Of a stretch of DNA of 20,000 nt, positions 8,992 through 16,880 are shown in pieces. The stretch is taken from the IMG/VR virus record IMGVR_UViG_3300025585_000041, positions 55,870 through 75,869 of that record; one strand, 5' to 3'. The notes under the pieces were generated by a model that saw only the letters and a list, made by a program, of their open reading frames with translations, made no database searches and was not told the DNA's origin. Both the position numbers and the translations under genes were made by a program. Every line of letters begins with the position of its first letter. The stretch's first letter is position 1. The stretch comes from an uncultured virus (IMG/VR IMGVR_UViG_3300025585_000041) (taxonomy: Duplodnaviria; Heunggongvirae; Uroviricota; Caudoviricetes).

Positions 8992-9187
8992 ACTAGATTT
9001 AAGAGGCATTCCTTCTGCTTGTTGTCCCTTGTGTGGATCAAAAATAATAAAGGTTAAAGTTATATTTGATCCAGTTGACTATGAAGTTGGAATGTATTTC
9101 TTAGATGGAGAGTGTAGTGAGTGTGATACATTAATGACCATTCCAACACCAATGGATCATCCAAACAATATCAAAGGAGAAACATGA
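8978..9187 (+). CDS. Small zinc-ribbon protein
   Basis: CPLCGS...ECSECD CxxC pairs. Confidence 0.7.
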   Translation: MKQNKLDLRGIPSACCPLCGSKIIKVKVIFDPVDYEVGMYFLDGECSECDTLMTIPTPMDHPNNIKGET

Positions 9188-9342
9188 AAGATATACTATT
9201 ATCTATAATAACTGGTTTTGGCTGCGGAGTTATTTTTGCAGCATTTAAACTTCCAGTTCCAGCACCTCCAGTTTTTGCAGGAGTTGCTGGTATAATTGGA
9301 TTATGGCTAGGTTACGATGCCATAACTAGATTCATATCCTAG
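9184..9342 (+). CDS. XapX domain (DUF1427) small membrane protein (52 aa; not in ORF track)
   Basis: MKDILLSIITGFGCGVIFAAFKLPVPAPPVFAGVAGIIGLWLGY with the characteristic LPVPAPP..AG..GI.G...GY; AAAGGAG Shine-Dalgarno upstream. Confidence 0.8.
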   Translation: MKDILLSIITGFGCGVIFAAFKLPVPAPPVFAGVAGIIGLWLGYDAITRFIS

Positions 9343-9351
9343 GAGGAATAA

Positions 9352-9603
9352 ATGAATAAAGAAATGAAGGCAATGCTTGCATCATATGGACGTTCAGTAC
9401 TCGCTGGTGCAATTGCTTTATATATGGCTGGAGTTACAGATCCACAGACATTATTGTGGTCTCTTGTATCTGCTGTAGCACCAGTTGCATTACGTGCATT
9501 GAATCCAAACGATCCTGCATTTGGTAGATTACCAGCAGTATCTATTGTTGAAGATGTTCTTAAGAATGTAAAGCCTAAGAAGGCTCCTGCAAAAAAGAAG
9601 TAA
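9352..9603 (+). CDS. Holin-like small membrane protein
   Basis: Two hydrophobic segments, ALRALNPNDPAFG motif, highly basic C-terminus; AGGAGG Shine-Dalgarno at 9341-9346. Confidence 0.55.
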   Translation: MNKEMKAMLASYGRSVLAGAIALYMAGVTDPQTLLWSLVSAVAPVALRALNPNDPAFGRLPAVSIVEDVLKNVKPKKAPAKKK

Positions 9604-9604
9604 T

Positions 9605-9648
9605 AAAAGGGATGGGCTATTCTTTGTAGTAGCCCATCTTTACTTTTT
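9605..9648. terminator. Probable bidirectional intrinsic terminator between convergent genes
   Basis: Inverted repeat GATGGGCTA (9611-9619)/TAGCCCATC (9630-9638), with an A-run before and a T-rich run after; overlaps the stop of the minus-strand gene. Confidence 0.7.
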
Positions 9649-10501
9649 CATATAATTCATAATCTAAATTTTGTTTTTCTGTTATTAATTTTTTAAAACT
9701 ATCTGGAATTGTTTTTTTAAATTCATTATTTTTTTCACTTCCAGTATTTTGATATCCTTTAATTTTTGTTGACAAAGAAATATTAATATTTTTTTCTAAA
9801 AAATTATTTAAATTTGATAAATCATTTTGATTGTCTATAGTTTCAATATAATCTATATTTGAAAGAGCACTATCAATGTTGCTATACACCCGAACTAAAT
9901 CATTATATGATAACGAAAATTCTTTATATTGATCAAAAGTAATTTCTTTTGATGCTAATTTATCATAAAATCTTTTTAAATCAGACATATTGAGAGTACA
10001 TGTTAAATATTTATATTGCATATTATCATTTCTATTATCAAACATATGCTCTTCTAACTTCTCTAAACTAGGATTTTCATTTTTATATAAATAATTACTT
10101 ATATATCTGTCTGTTGGATTTCTAAGTATTGTATATGTAAATAATTTCTTTTCATGTTTTTTAAATAATTCTATTGGATATAACGCAAAATGACCTGATA
10201 TAAAATCACATTTTAACATTTCTTTATCATCTAAATATTGTAAAAAGTTACTATAGATTCTATGATCTTTATAGGTATGTAGCAATACTTCTTTCACAGA
10301 CATACCAGAGGTTTTTGGAATATGTAAAAAATAAAATGACTTTTCTGGAACGTTATCTTCCCATTCAATTCTATAAACTAATTCTCCACCCTTTAAAAAA
10401 AATCCAGGTTGAACAATCCATGCTGGAAATATTCCTTTTTCACACTCTATTTCATCATGTACAGAATAAACTTTGTCGTTAATTATTTTTTTTAAAGTCA
10501 T
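9617..10501 (-). CDS. Sulfotransferase family (Sulfotransfer_2-like) protein
   Basis: FLHIPKTSG (5'-PSB loop), SGHF, LRNPTDRYISNYLY (3'-PB), C-terminal QNLDYELYE. Confidence 0.8.
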   Translation of the reverse strand: MTLKKIINDKVYSVHDEIECEKGIFPAWIVQPGFFLKGGELVYRIEWEDNVPEKSFYFLHIPKTSGMSVKEVLLHTYKDHRIYSNFLQYLDDKEMLKCDFISGHFALYPIELFKKHEKKLFTYTILRNPTDRYISNYLYKNENPSLEKLEEHMFDNRNDNMQYKYLTCTLNMSDLKRFYDKLASKEITFDQYKEFSLSYNDLVRVYSNIDSALSNIDYIETIDNQNDLSNLNNFLEKNINISLSTKIKGYQNTGSEKNNEFKKTIPDSFKKLITEKQNLDYELYEKVKMGYYKE

Positions 10502-11199
10502 TATGCATTATCTGAAAATTGATATTGAAGATCAGTAGTATATGGAAATTCTATAGAAGACATCCTAGTTTGTCTTTCTTTTTCTGAAATTTCTGCAAAA
10601 AACGAAACAAGTGTATACCTTATACCAGAAGTAATGCCATGTATTTTATGCATATAACTATACGCAGACGGGAATAAAAATAGTTGTCCAGCCTTTGGTT
10701 TAATTTTAACACCAAAATGAATAAATTCTAATTCTCCTCCGTCATAGTCATCATTTGGATAATAAACTAGGGATACTGTTCTTGGCGTTCCATACGAATC
10801 GTCTGCATGTAAAGAGAAAAACTCACCTGGCTCATATCTTGATATTCTCATGGCTTCTCTACTTAATGGGGCCAAGTCCCACTGCCATAAATAAGAGTCT
10901 ACAATTTCTTGAAAATGTTCTGCAAATCTTGGATCATTCCATACCCAACATGTTTCTGCTTTTTTACCATTTAATTCATTATAATAGTCTTCACGAATCC
11001 AAGGTTTGCTACCACGATGTGAATTGTTATTCCAATATTCCTCTGTTCTTATTTCATTTATAAAATCCATAGAGTTTGGCCAAACATTATCATAAATATG
11101 AAGACCAGGGATAGGTGATGTGAAAGAAAAACGTTCACCGCTTCTACTTTCTGTTATTTTATCTATTTGGTTTTGTAATTTATTTGGATCTCCGTACAT
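10501..11199 (-). CDS. 2OG-Fe(II) oxygenase (prolyl-4-hydroxylase-like)
   Basis: RYEPGEFFSLHAD...YPNDDYDGGEL.F...LFPS...H.IHGITSGIRY: HxD...H...R. Confidence 0.88.
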   Translation of the reverse strand: MYGDPNKLQNQIDKITESRSGERFSFTSPIPGLHIYDNVWPNSMDFINEIRTEEYWNNNSHRGSKPWIREDYYNELNGKKAETCWVWNDPRFAEHFQEIVDSYLWQWDLAPLSREAMRISRYEPGEFFSLHADDSYGTPRTVSLVYYPNDDYDGGELEFIHFGVKIKPKAGQLFLFPSAYSYMHKIHGITSGIRYTLVSFFAEISEKERQTRMSSIEFPYTTDLQYQFSDNA

Positions 11200-11215
11200 T
11201 GAATTTCTCTTTCTA

Positions 11216-11467
11216 TTAAGCCATATTTGAAAAAGTATGGCACCATGTTCCGTCTGGTTTTAAAGCAAGTGCATGTCTTGAACTTTCACTTTCTGGCATT
11301 GTATAATCAAAAGCATCTATAGAATTTGCTCCAAGATCCCTTGCTTTTGCTGCTGCTTCTTTTGGATATTCAAAACATCCAACACACTCTTCATCAACAA
11401 GAAGGGGGTATTGGTTATCAGGACAACCGTAACTTCCTGACTTCTCTATTTTAAAAACTTGATTCAC
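11216..11467 (-). CDS. Small two-Cys protein, tandem paralog 1
   Basis: GSYGCPDNQYP...VGCFEYPKEAA; aligns over its full length with 11464..11694. Confidence 0.7.
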   Translation of the reverse strand: MNQVFKIEKSGSYGCPDNQYPLLVDEECVGCFEYPKEAAAKARDLGANSIDAFDYTMPESESSRHALALKPDGTWCHTFSNMA

Positions 11468-11694
11468 TTAAGAATCCATTTTCCATCTTGATATGTTATA
11501 ACAAACTTTGCGTCTGACTCTACACTATCAACATCAAAAACTGTAATTTCTGTTGCGCCATGCTCATCTTTAGCAAAATTTGCAGCGTCTTTTGGAAGGA
11601 AAAAACATCCAATGTTTTCGCCATCTTTGTATACTGGGTATTGTCTTTCACGGCAGGTCCCCGTACCAGCACGTCCGATTTCAAAATTACTCAT
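11464..11694 (-). CDS. Small two-Cys protein, tandem paralog 2
   Basis: GTGTCRERQYP...IGCFFLPKDAA; TGCTATAAT promoter 6 nt upstream of its ATG. Confidence 0.7.
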   Translation of the reverse strand: MSNFEIGRAGTGTCRERQYPVYKDGENIGCFFLPKDAANFAKDEHGATEITVFDVDSVESDAKFVITYQDGKWILK

Positions 11695-12452
11695 AATGAC
11701 ATTATAGCATATTTTTTCTGTTTAGATTTTACCCTATCATAAAGGTAATAATCTACTGGGTTTAATTCATTTATTCTTTCACTCCACGCCTTAGGGATTT
11801 CAAATTCAAGATAGTTTGGTTTTGGTGTATTGTGACCAGACCACTCATAATCACTAATTGCACTTACAATATTATATTTTTTTTCAAAAATGGTATTAAT
11901 AAATTCTATTAAATTATTTCTATTTTCAACAGTTTCAACAATATATCTATCAAGAGCATCGTCTATATCTTTCCTGTCAAGACTGTACTCTTTGAGACAC
12001 CAATTGGACTGTGTTTTATCTATAGGCTCTTCTACCCTATTCCATAAATCAATGTCAACATATCCCATTAAAAATTTTGATTGTATATTTGATGTTCCAG
12101 GATAAAAAGAATCATCATATAAAAACTTTTCCATATACGCTTGGGGTGTGCCAAGTCTAGACTCTGTTATTTTTCCATCAATTACAGTTAAACCTTGTCT
12201 ATACATAAGCCAAAACCAACTTAGCCATTGTTCTTTAGGATTTCTTACAAAAGAAAAAGAGATAACATTATCTATATATTGTTGTGGAAGTTGTCCTATA
12301 TGCCCAGCAATATATTGTTTATCTTTAAAATTTTTCGGATCTATTTTATCTGTTGGCTCAATAATATATTGTGATATATTTTTATTTTGACTAATATAGT
12401 GATTAATCACGCCACCAGATGTTCTTGGAATGTGGTTATGAAAAATAGTCAC
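11691..12452 (-). CDS. Sulfotransferase family (Sulfotransfer_2-like) protein
   Basis: HNHIPRTSGG, IAGH, FVRNPKEQWLS, C-terminal NPVDYYLYD; GTG start. Confidence 0.72.
   Translation of the reverse strand: MTIFHNHIPRTSGGVINHYISQNKNISQYIIEPTDKIDPKNFKDKQYIAGHIGQLPQQYIDNVISFSFVRNPKEQWLSWFWLMYRQGLTVIDGKITESRLGTPQAYMEKFLYDDSFYPGTSNIQSKFLMGYVDIDLWNRVEEPIDKTQSNWCLKEYSLDRKDIDDALDRYIVETVENRNNLIEFINTIFEKKYNIVSAISDYEWSGHNTPKPNYLEFEIPKAWSERINELNPVDYYLYDRVKSKQKKYAIMSL
11701..11709 (-). promoter_or_regulatory. Extended -10 promoter, leaderless transcript
   Basis: Minus strand reads TGCTATAAT-GTCATT-ATG (start at 11694). Confidence 0.65.
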
Positions 12453-12483
12453 ACTTTATTGTATCATATGCTATACTTAAATT
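12453..12483. promoter_or_regulatory. Divergent pair of extended -10 leaderless promoters
   Basis: + strand TGCTATACT-6 nt-ATG(12484); - strand TGATACAAT-5 nt-GTG(12452); no Shine-Dalgarno on either side. Confidence 0.65.
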
Positions 12484-13059
12484 ATGTATAAAATTTTAGC
12501 ACCAGGAATAGTTATTTTTGAAAATGTATTTAGTAAAAACTATATAGACTTTATTGAAAAAAACTTATCAGATTTTTTTGAATTAAAAATAAACAATAGA
12601 AATGGATCTATTGTTAGAAAATCATATGCAATTCAATTAAGTGATTATCCAGACAATATAGATGCTAGATTAATATATGATGAATTTCAAAAAGCAATTA
12701 AAGAAACAACCGAAGTATATCAATCTTTATATAATATAAATGTTATGATCCCAGATTCTTCACAAAATAATTCTTCTAATATGGCTGTTGCAACATTATT
12801 AAAATATGAAGTAGATAACAATATTATATTTCATTCTGATACCTTGAATGGTGAAGACTTTAGAATAGGCGCTGCATTGGCGTATTTAAACGATAACTAT
12901 GATGGTGGAGAGTTAGAATTTGAGCACTTTAATATAAAAATAAAACCGCCAGCAAATAGTTTAATAATTTTTCCATCTAACTGGCCTTATAGTCATAGAT
13001 CTAATTCAATAATTAATGGTAAAAAATATGCACTTCGTTGTTTTTTAACTAGTAAATAA
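12484..13059 (+). CDS. 2OG-Fe(II) oxygenase
   Basis: LLKY...FHSD...YLNDNYDGGELEF...IFPSNWPYSH.S..I..G.KY. Confidence 0.85.
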   Translation: MYKILAPGIVIFENVFSKNYIDFIEKNLSDFFELKINNRNGSIVRKSYAIQLSDYPDNIDARLIYDEFQKAIKETTEVYQSLYNINVMIPDSSQNNSSNMAVATLLKYEVDNNIIFHSDTLNGEDFRIGAALAYLNDNYDGGELEFEHFNIKIKPPANSLIIFPSNWPYSHRSNSIINGKKYALRCFLTSK

Positions 13060-13130
13060 AATTTGGTGGCTCTTTAAGTTGTTTTTTTAATTTACGAACG
13101 TAATACCACTTTTTTATTTTTCTATATAAT

Positions 13131-14015
13131 TTAGAAAACATTCCATTTCTCCTTTGCTACTTCTAAAAATCTGTCTGCATAATACATATTAATTAATGTT
13201 CCAGCATGCCCATCTCTTTTTTTCAAATCATACTCTGTTTTTTCCCATCCAGATAAATACATTTCTGCAACATATTCTGATTGGCCTTTTAAATCTAAAG
13301 GAACATAAGAATCATCAAGCATATTCAATGTTTTTAAATTTTCTAAATCATTAAAAAACCATGTAGACCATAATACATTAATGTTATTAGTTTTACAGTA
13401 ATGTAAAAAGAATTTCCAAAATACAGAAAAATTAATTAATTCTACAAAATATTCATTTTTTGATATATCACCTACATCATTAATTTTGGGTAAATCGCTT
13501 TCTGGATATCGTTGCATATAACAATAATCTCCCTTGTTATATGTATCAAATTCAAATCTTCTAGATATGTTAGGTAAAAGGATAAATAAATAATCTGGCT
13601 TTGTATATCTTTCTACGTAAACATGTAGATTGTATATTATCATTTGCCATCCCCAACCAGATCTAGCCAAATTATAAAGACTTTTATCAGCAATATTGCT
13701 TTTATTTAAAAACATTGTTGGCCATACAGTATTTAAGTTTCCTCCAATACCTTCTGTTTGAGAACATCCAGCAAACAATATATGTGGTCTTGATGGAGTT
13801 TTAGTAAATTCGCTACATCTAAAAAAGTTTTTATTATATAAATATTCAACTGTACCATCATCAATTACTCCAGTATTTATTTCTGATTTAGTAATTGTTT
13901 CACGGTATGACTGTGATTGCCTATGCCAAGATAAATCAAAATCATTATTGAATATGCTGTCCATTGCGTTATACCTTATATGCTTAGGCAATGTATACTC
14001 TTTAGAAAGACTCAA
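13131..14015 (-). CDS. SGNH/GDSL-like hydrolase-fold hypothetical protein
   Basis: ILFAGCSQTEG (block I), YNLARSG, C-terminal RDGHAG. Confidence 0.5.
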   Translation of the reverse strand: MSLSKEYTLPKHIRYNAMDSIFNNDFDLSWHRQSQSYRETITKSEINTGVIDDGTVEYLYNKNFFRCSEFTKTPSRPHILFAGCSQTEGIGGNLNTVWPTMFLNKSNIADKSLYNLARSGWGWQMIIYNLHVYVERYTKPDYLFILLPNISRRFEFDTYNKGDYCYMQRYPESDLPKINDVGDISKNEYFVELINFSVFWKFFLHYCKTNNINVLWSTWFFNDLENLKTLNMLDDSYVPLDLKGQSEYVAEMYLSGWEKTEYDLKKRDGHAGTLINMYYADRFLEVAKEKWNVF

Positions 14016-14773
14016 CTATTCCTCCTTAAATAAATATCGTAAAAGCCTAGTTTATGTAATGCTAAAGCATCCACAGACCAATTTTTATTAAAATATAAAA
14101 ATTCATTTACAGTTTGAAATGTACCATAAAAAACATTATCTATTATTCCATCATAAATTGTATAATCGTTTAGTCCAATAATACCGCCAATAGGAATTAA
14201 TTTTGATGCACAAGATAGTACTTCTCTGGTTGCTTTTCTACCATTATGGATGTCTATATAAATATAATCATAAAGTTTTCCATCCTCAATAAATTTTGGA
14301 AGTATTTCCTCTGCATCGCCCTTATATGTATTTGCATTTCCATATTGTTTAAATTTATTTTTTATAAAATTTTCTGACTCTTCAGCAGTAAAATCATAAG
14401 TATGTTTAACTGGACTACATTGACATTCACCAAACCTTCTCCATGACCAGCACTTCATGTCTTGGTCATATCTACATACTAAATCGATTAAAGATGGTTG
14501 TGCATTTTGACATACTATTTCTGAATAATATCCCCATGCAACTCCAACCTCCATATAATTTAATCCTTTTTTAAGATGCTTTGTATATTCTTCTCTAGAT
14601 ATAAAAATCTTTGCGTTGTTTAATTGTTCTTGATTTAATTGATAAGGATCTTCAATTTCATCTTCCTGCAACATTCTTATTTCATTAAATCCAAAAGGTG
14701 GAACGGTCCGTTTTGCTGTATGATTTTTTTCTTTTTCTAATATAAGTTGTTTTTGTTCTTCAGTTAATGGCAT
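14012..14773 (-). CDS. Class I SAM-dependent methyltransferase (Methyltransf_24-like)
   Basis: MEVGVAWGYYS (motif I), KGDAEEIL, YDYIYID, GGIIGLNDY. Confidence 0.8.
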   Translation of the reverse strand: MPLTEEQKQLILEKEKNHTAKRTVPPFGFNEIRMLQEDEIEDPYQLNQEQLNNAKIFISREEYTKHLKKGLNYMEVGVAWGYYSEIVCQNAQPSLIDLVCRYDQDMKCWSWRRFGECQCSPVKHTYDFTAEESENFIKNKFKQYGNANTYKGDAEEILPKFIEDGKLYDYIYIDIHNGRKATREVLSCASKLIPIGGIIGLNDYTIYDGIIDNVFYGTFQTVNEFLYFNKNWSVDALALHKLGFYDIYLRRNS

Positions 14774-14812
14774 ATTTTAATTATACACCATCATATGGTA
14801 GAATTAATTATT
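14774..14812. promoter_or_regulatory. Divergent -10 promoter pair (leaderless or near-leaderless)
   Basis: - strand TATAAT-TAAAAT-ATG(14773); + strand TGGTAGAAT-8 nt-ATG(14813). Confidence 0.55.
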
Positions 14813-15400
14813 ATGATTATAGATGATTCATTTTTAAATCAAGAAGAAATAATTAGTTTACAAAAAATGATGTATGATATACCTAATTCTAACTTTCCAT
14901 GGTATTTTTATGGTTCAACTAATAAAAAAGATAGTTCTGGTGTCATCTTAAATAATGACGATTATTTAGATTCACAACAATTTGTTCACCTTGCCTATCA
15001 TAACTCACAAAAACATTCTCAGTTTTCAGACACATTTTTATATATTTTTAACAAGTTTATAAATAAACATAATATAGTTGTAGACAATGTGTTTAGAATT
15101 AAAGCAAATCTTATTTTAAAAGATGGTACAAATAATAAAATACATTATCCTCATATTGATACAGATCATGAACATTTTGTTTTTTTATATTATGTAAATG
15201 ATTCAGATGGTGATACAATTTTATTTAATGAAAAATACCCCATGGAAAATAAAAATTTAACAATTGACAAAAAAATTAATCCAAAGGCTGGAAGGGCAAT
15301 ATTATTTAATGGACTCCAATATCACTCATCTTCTAGTCCAATAAAGAATGATATAAGATGTGTTATTAATATAGACTTTACTGGCAAGGTTAGTTTGTGA
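14813..15400 (+). CDS. 2OG-Fe(II) oxygenase-like protein
   Basis: FRIKANL...PHIDTD...LYYVNDSDGDT..F...PKAGRAILFNG..YHSSS.P....R.VINIDF. Start moved to 14813 because the track's ATG at 14795 lies inside the promoter. Confidence 0.8.
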   Translation: MIIDDSFLNQEEIISLQKMMYDIPNSNFPWYFYGSTNKKDSSGVILNNDDYLDSQQFVHLAYHNSQKHSQFSDTFLYIFNKFINKHNIVVDNVFRIKANLILKDGTNNKIHYPHIDTDHEHFVFLYYVNDSDGDTILFNEKYPMENKNLTIDKKINPKAGRAILFNGLQYHSSSSPIKNDIRCVINIDFTGKVSL

Positions 15401-15464
15401 TATAATATATATGTACCAGCCCAAAGGGGGGTACTTAATTGAACTCGCTTAATAAGGAGGAAAA
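15398..15464 (+). promoter_or_regulatory. hsp20 promoter and structured 5' UTR (ROSE-like RNA thermometer candidate)
   Basis: TGATATAAT at 15398-15406; hairpin GTACC..CCC-AAA-GGG..GGTAC (15413-15434); CTCGCTT-AAT-AAGGAG hairpin (15444-15459) pairs UCGCU with the Shine-Dalgarno. Confidence 0.6.
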
Positions 15465-15884
15465 ATGGTAAGTTCATTTGCATTGGATCTATTTAAAGAT
15501 CCATTTTTTATTGGTTTCAACAGAGAGTTGGACCGTCTTTCAAATATCCATCGTGAGGCAACTCGTCAGTCCTATCCACCGTATGACGTGGTAAAACTTG
15601 ATGAGGATACTTATAAACTATCTTTAGCCATTGCTGGTTTTAGCAAGGATGAAGTTGAGGTTTCTGTGGATAATGGAAGTTTGATTGTCAAGGGTGAGAA
15701 AACAGAAGAAGAAAATTCTAATGTTCTTCACAAGGGTATTGCAAGCAGAAAGTTCACACGCACCTTTGCTCTTGGAGAGTATATGGAGGTTGATCGTGCT
15801 GAAATGGCAGACGGTATTCTTAGCGTCTTTGTGGAAAGAAACATTCCAGAAGAAAAGAAACCAAAAGCAATTAAAATCAAATAA
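15465..15884 (+). CDS. hsp20: Small heat-shock protein Hsp20 (IbpA-like)
   Basis: SYPPYDVVK...LAIAGF...L.VKGEK...LHKGIASRKFTRTFAL...A.MADGIL...PEEKKPKAIKI; AAGGAGG Shine-Dalgarno. Confidence 0.95.
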   Translation: MVSSFALDLFKDPFFIGFNRELDRLSNIHREATRQSYPPYDVVKLDEDTYKLSLAIAGFSKDEVEVSVDNGSLIVKGEKTEEENSNVLHKGIASRKFTRTFALGEYMEVDRAEMADGILSVFVERNIPEEKKPKAIKIK

Positions 15885-15886
15885 CA

Positions 15887-15960
15887 TTATCTAAGGTAAT
15901 CCGACATATCCGCAAGGCCTATCGGTAGATAAACCACCTGAGCATGTGGTTAAACTGCTC
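15887..15960 (+). ncRNA. Candidate structured RNA: GNRA-capped hairpin followed by H-type pseudoknot
   Basis: TTATCTA/TAGATAA, CCGA/TCGG and CC-GCAA-GG nested stems; then AACCAC/GTGGTT with loop GAGCA pairing to downstream TGCTC. Confidence 0.45.
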
Positions 15961-15968
15961 TTATTTGA

Positions 15969-15977
15969 TGATATAAT
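15969..15977 (+). promoter_or_regulatory. Extended -10 promoter, leaderless transcript
   Basis: TGATATAAT-GGGTTT-ATG(15984). Confidence 0.65.
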
Positions 15978-15983
15978 GGGTTT

Positions 15984-16727
15984 ATGCCTTATAAAGTAGG
16001 TGCTAAAGGATCTCACGGATGTTCTGGTTACCCTGCAGTTAAAACCAGTACTGGAGAAGTCATGGGCTGCCATAAAACAAAAAAAGAAGCAGCAGGACAA
16101 ATTTATGCAATCAATAGATCTGAAGGAAATATAGGTAAGGCCATGGTTAAAGAGGGCGATATGGTTATGGCCCCACATGAAGAAGAAATGTATGTTGGTC
16201 GTGTAGTTCACGTAATGACAGAAGGTATGCTTGGAATGCCAGGATCTGAATATTCTATTGAAGCATCTTCAGAAGATCCTGCTATTTTAATTCAGTTATT
16301 TGAAATGGAAGATGGCGAACTTGAAGAGACAGAGTATTTTGTTGGAGCAAAAGCAAAAGATATAATGATAATGCCATCACTTGAATTAAATGAAAATATG
16401 GACAAGACTGAAGTTATAAAAGAAGATATTTCTGTAGTTGGTCAATCGTCTAATGACCCCTGTACATATGATGGTTGCGGATGTCCTACATGTAAAGATA
16501 TGAATGTGTGCTGTGATTTATGTCCAGTTTGTCAAGCCAATGAAATGAAGGGCGATTGCTGCGGGGATGTAAATAAAGCAAATCCATGCTGGGAAGGATA
16601 TGTACAAAGAGGAATGAAAGAAAAAAACGGCAAAATGGTTCCAAATTGTGTACCAGTAGAAAAAACTTTGTTTGAAGGTTTTGGAAAAATAATTTCAAAA
16701 ACAGAAAGAATAACAGAAATTTGGTGA
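15984..16727 (+). CDS. Multi-module Cys-rich hypothetical phage protein
   Basis: N-terminal GC..YP...GCH module, acidic SH3/Tudor-like middle, Cys-rich stretch, C-terminal PCWEGY...GMKEKNGKMVPNCVP. Confidence 0.75.
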   Translation: MPYKVGAKGSHGCSGYPAVKTSTGEVMGCHKTKKEAAGQIYAINRSEGNIGKAMVKEGDMVMAPHEEEMYVGRVVHVMTEGMLGMPGSEYSIEASSEDPAILIQLFEMEDGELEETEYFVGAKAKDIMIMPSLELNENMDKTEVIKEDISVVGQSSNDPCTYDGCGCPTCKDMNVCCDLCPVCQANEMKGDCCGDVNKANPCWEGYVQRGMKEKNGKMVPNCVPVEKTLFEGFGKIISKTERITEIW

Positions 16728-16730
16728 TAT

Positions 16731-16880
16731 ATGTCTAAAAAATCATCTGGTTCATACAAAAGGCACGATGGATTTAATCCCATACAAATTAAGAATGGTA
16801 ATGTTGTACGCTTAAGAAAAGACGGTACAATTAAAGCAATTCTTGGTAAATATGGAGAATATAAAAAAGATACTAAATAG
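16731..16880 (+). CDS. Small basic protein (49 aa; not in ORF track)
   Basis: MSKKSSGSYKRHDGFNPIQIKNGNVVRLRKDGTIKAILGKYGEYKKDTK; starts 3 nt after the upstream stop and fills the gap to the convergent gene. Confidence 0.65.
   Translation: MSKKSSGSYKRHDGFNPIQIKNGNVVRLRKDGTIKAILGKYGEYKKDTK

Noticed and set aside
13060..13130. Terminator or ncRNA between convergent genes
   Set aside because: Only a weak GTGG/CCAC complementarity across a long AT-rich loop; no convincing stem.
15930..15962. Pistol, hammerhead or twister ribozyme assignment for the pseudoknot
   Set aside because: Superficial resemblance only; the additional stems and conserved catalytic cores (e.g. CUGAnGA/GAAA) are not present. 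Kept as an unassigned structure.
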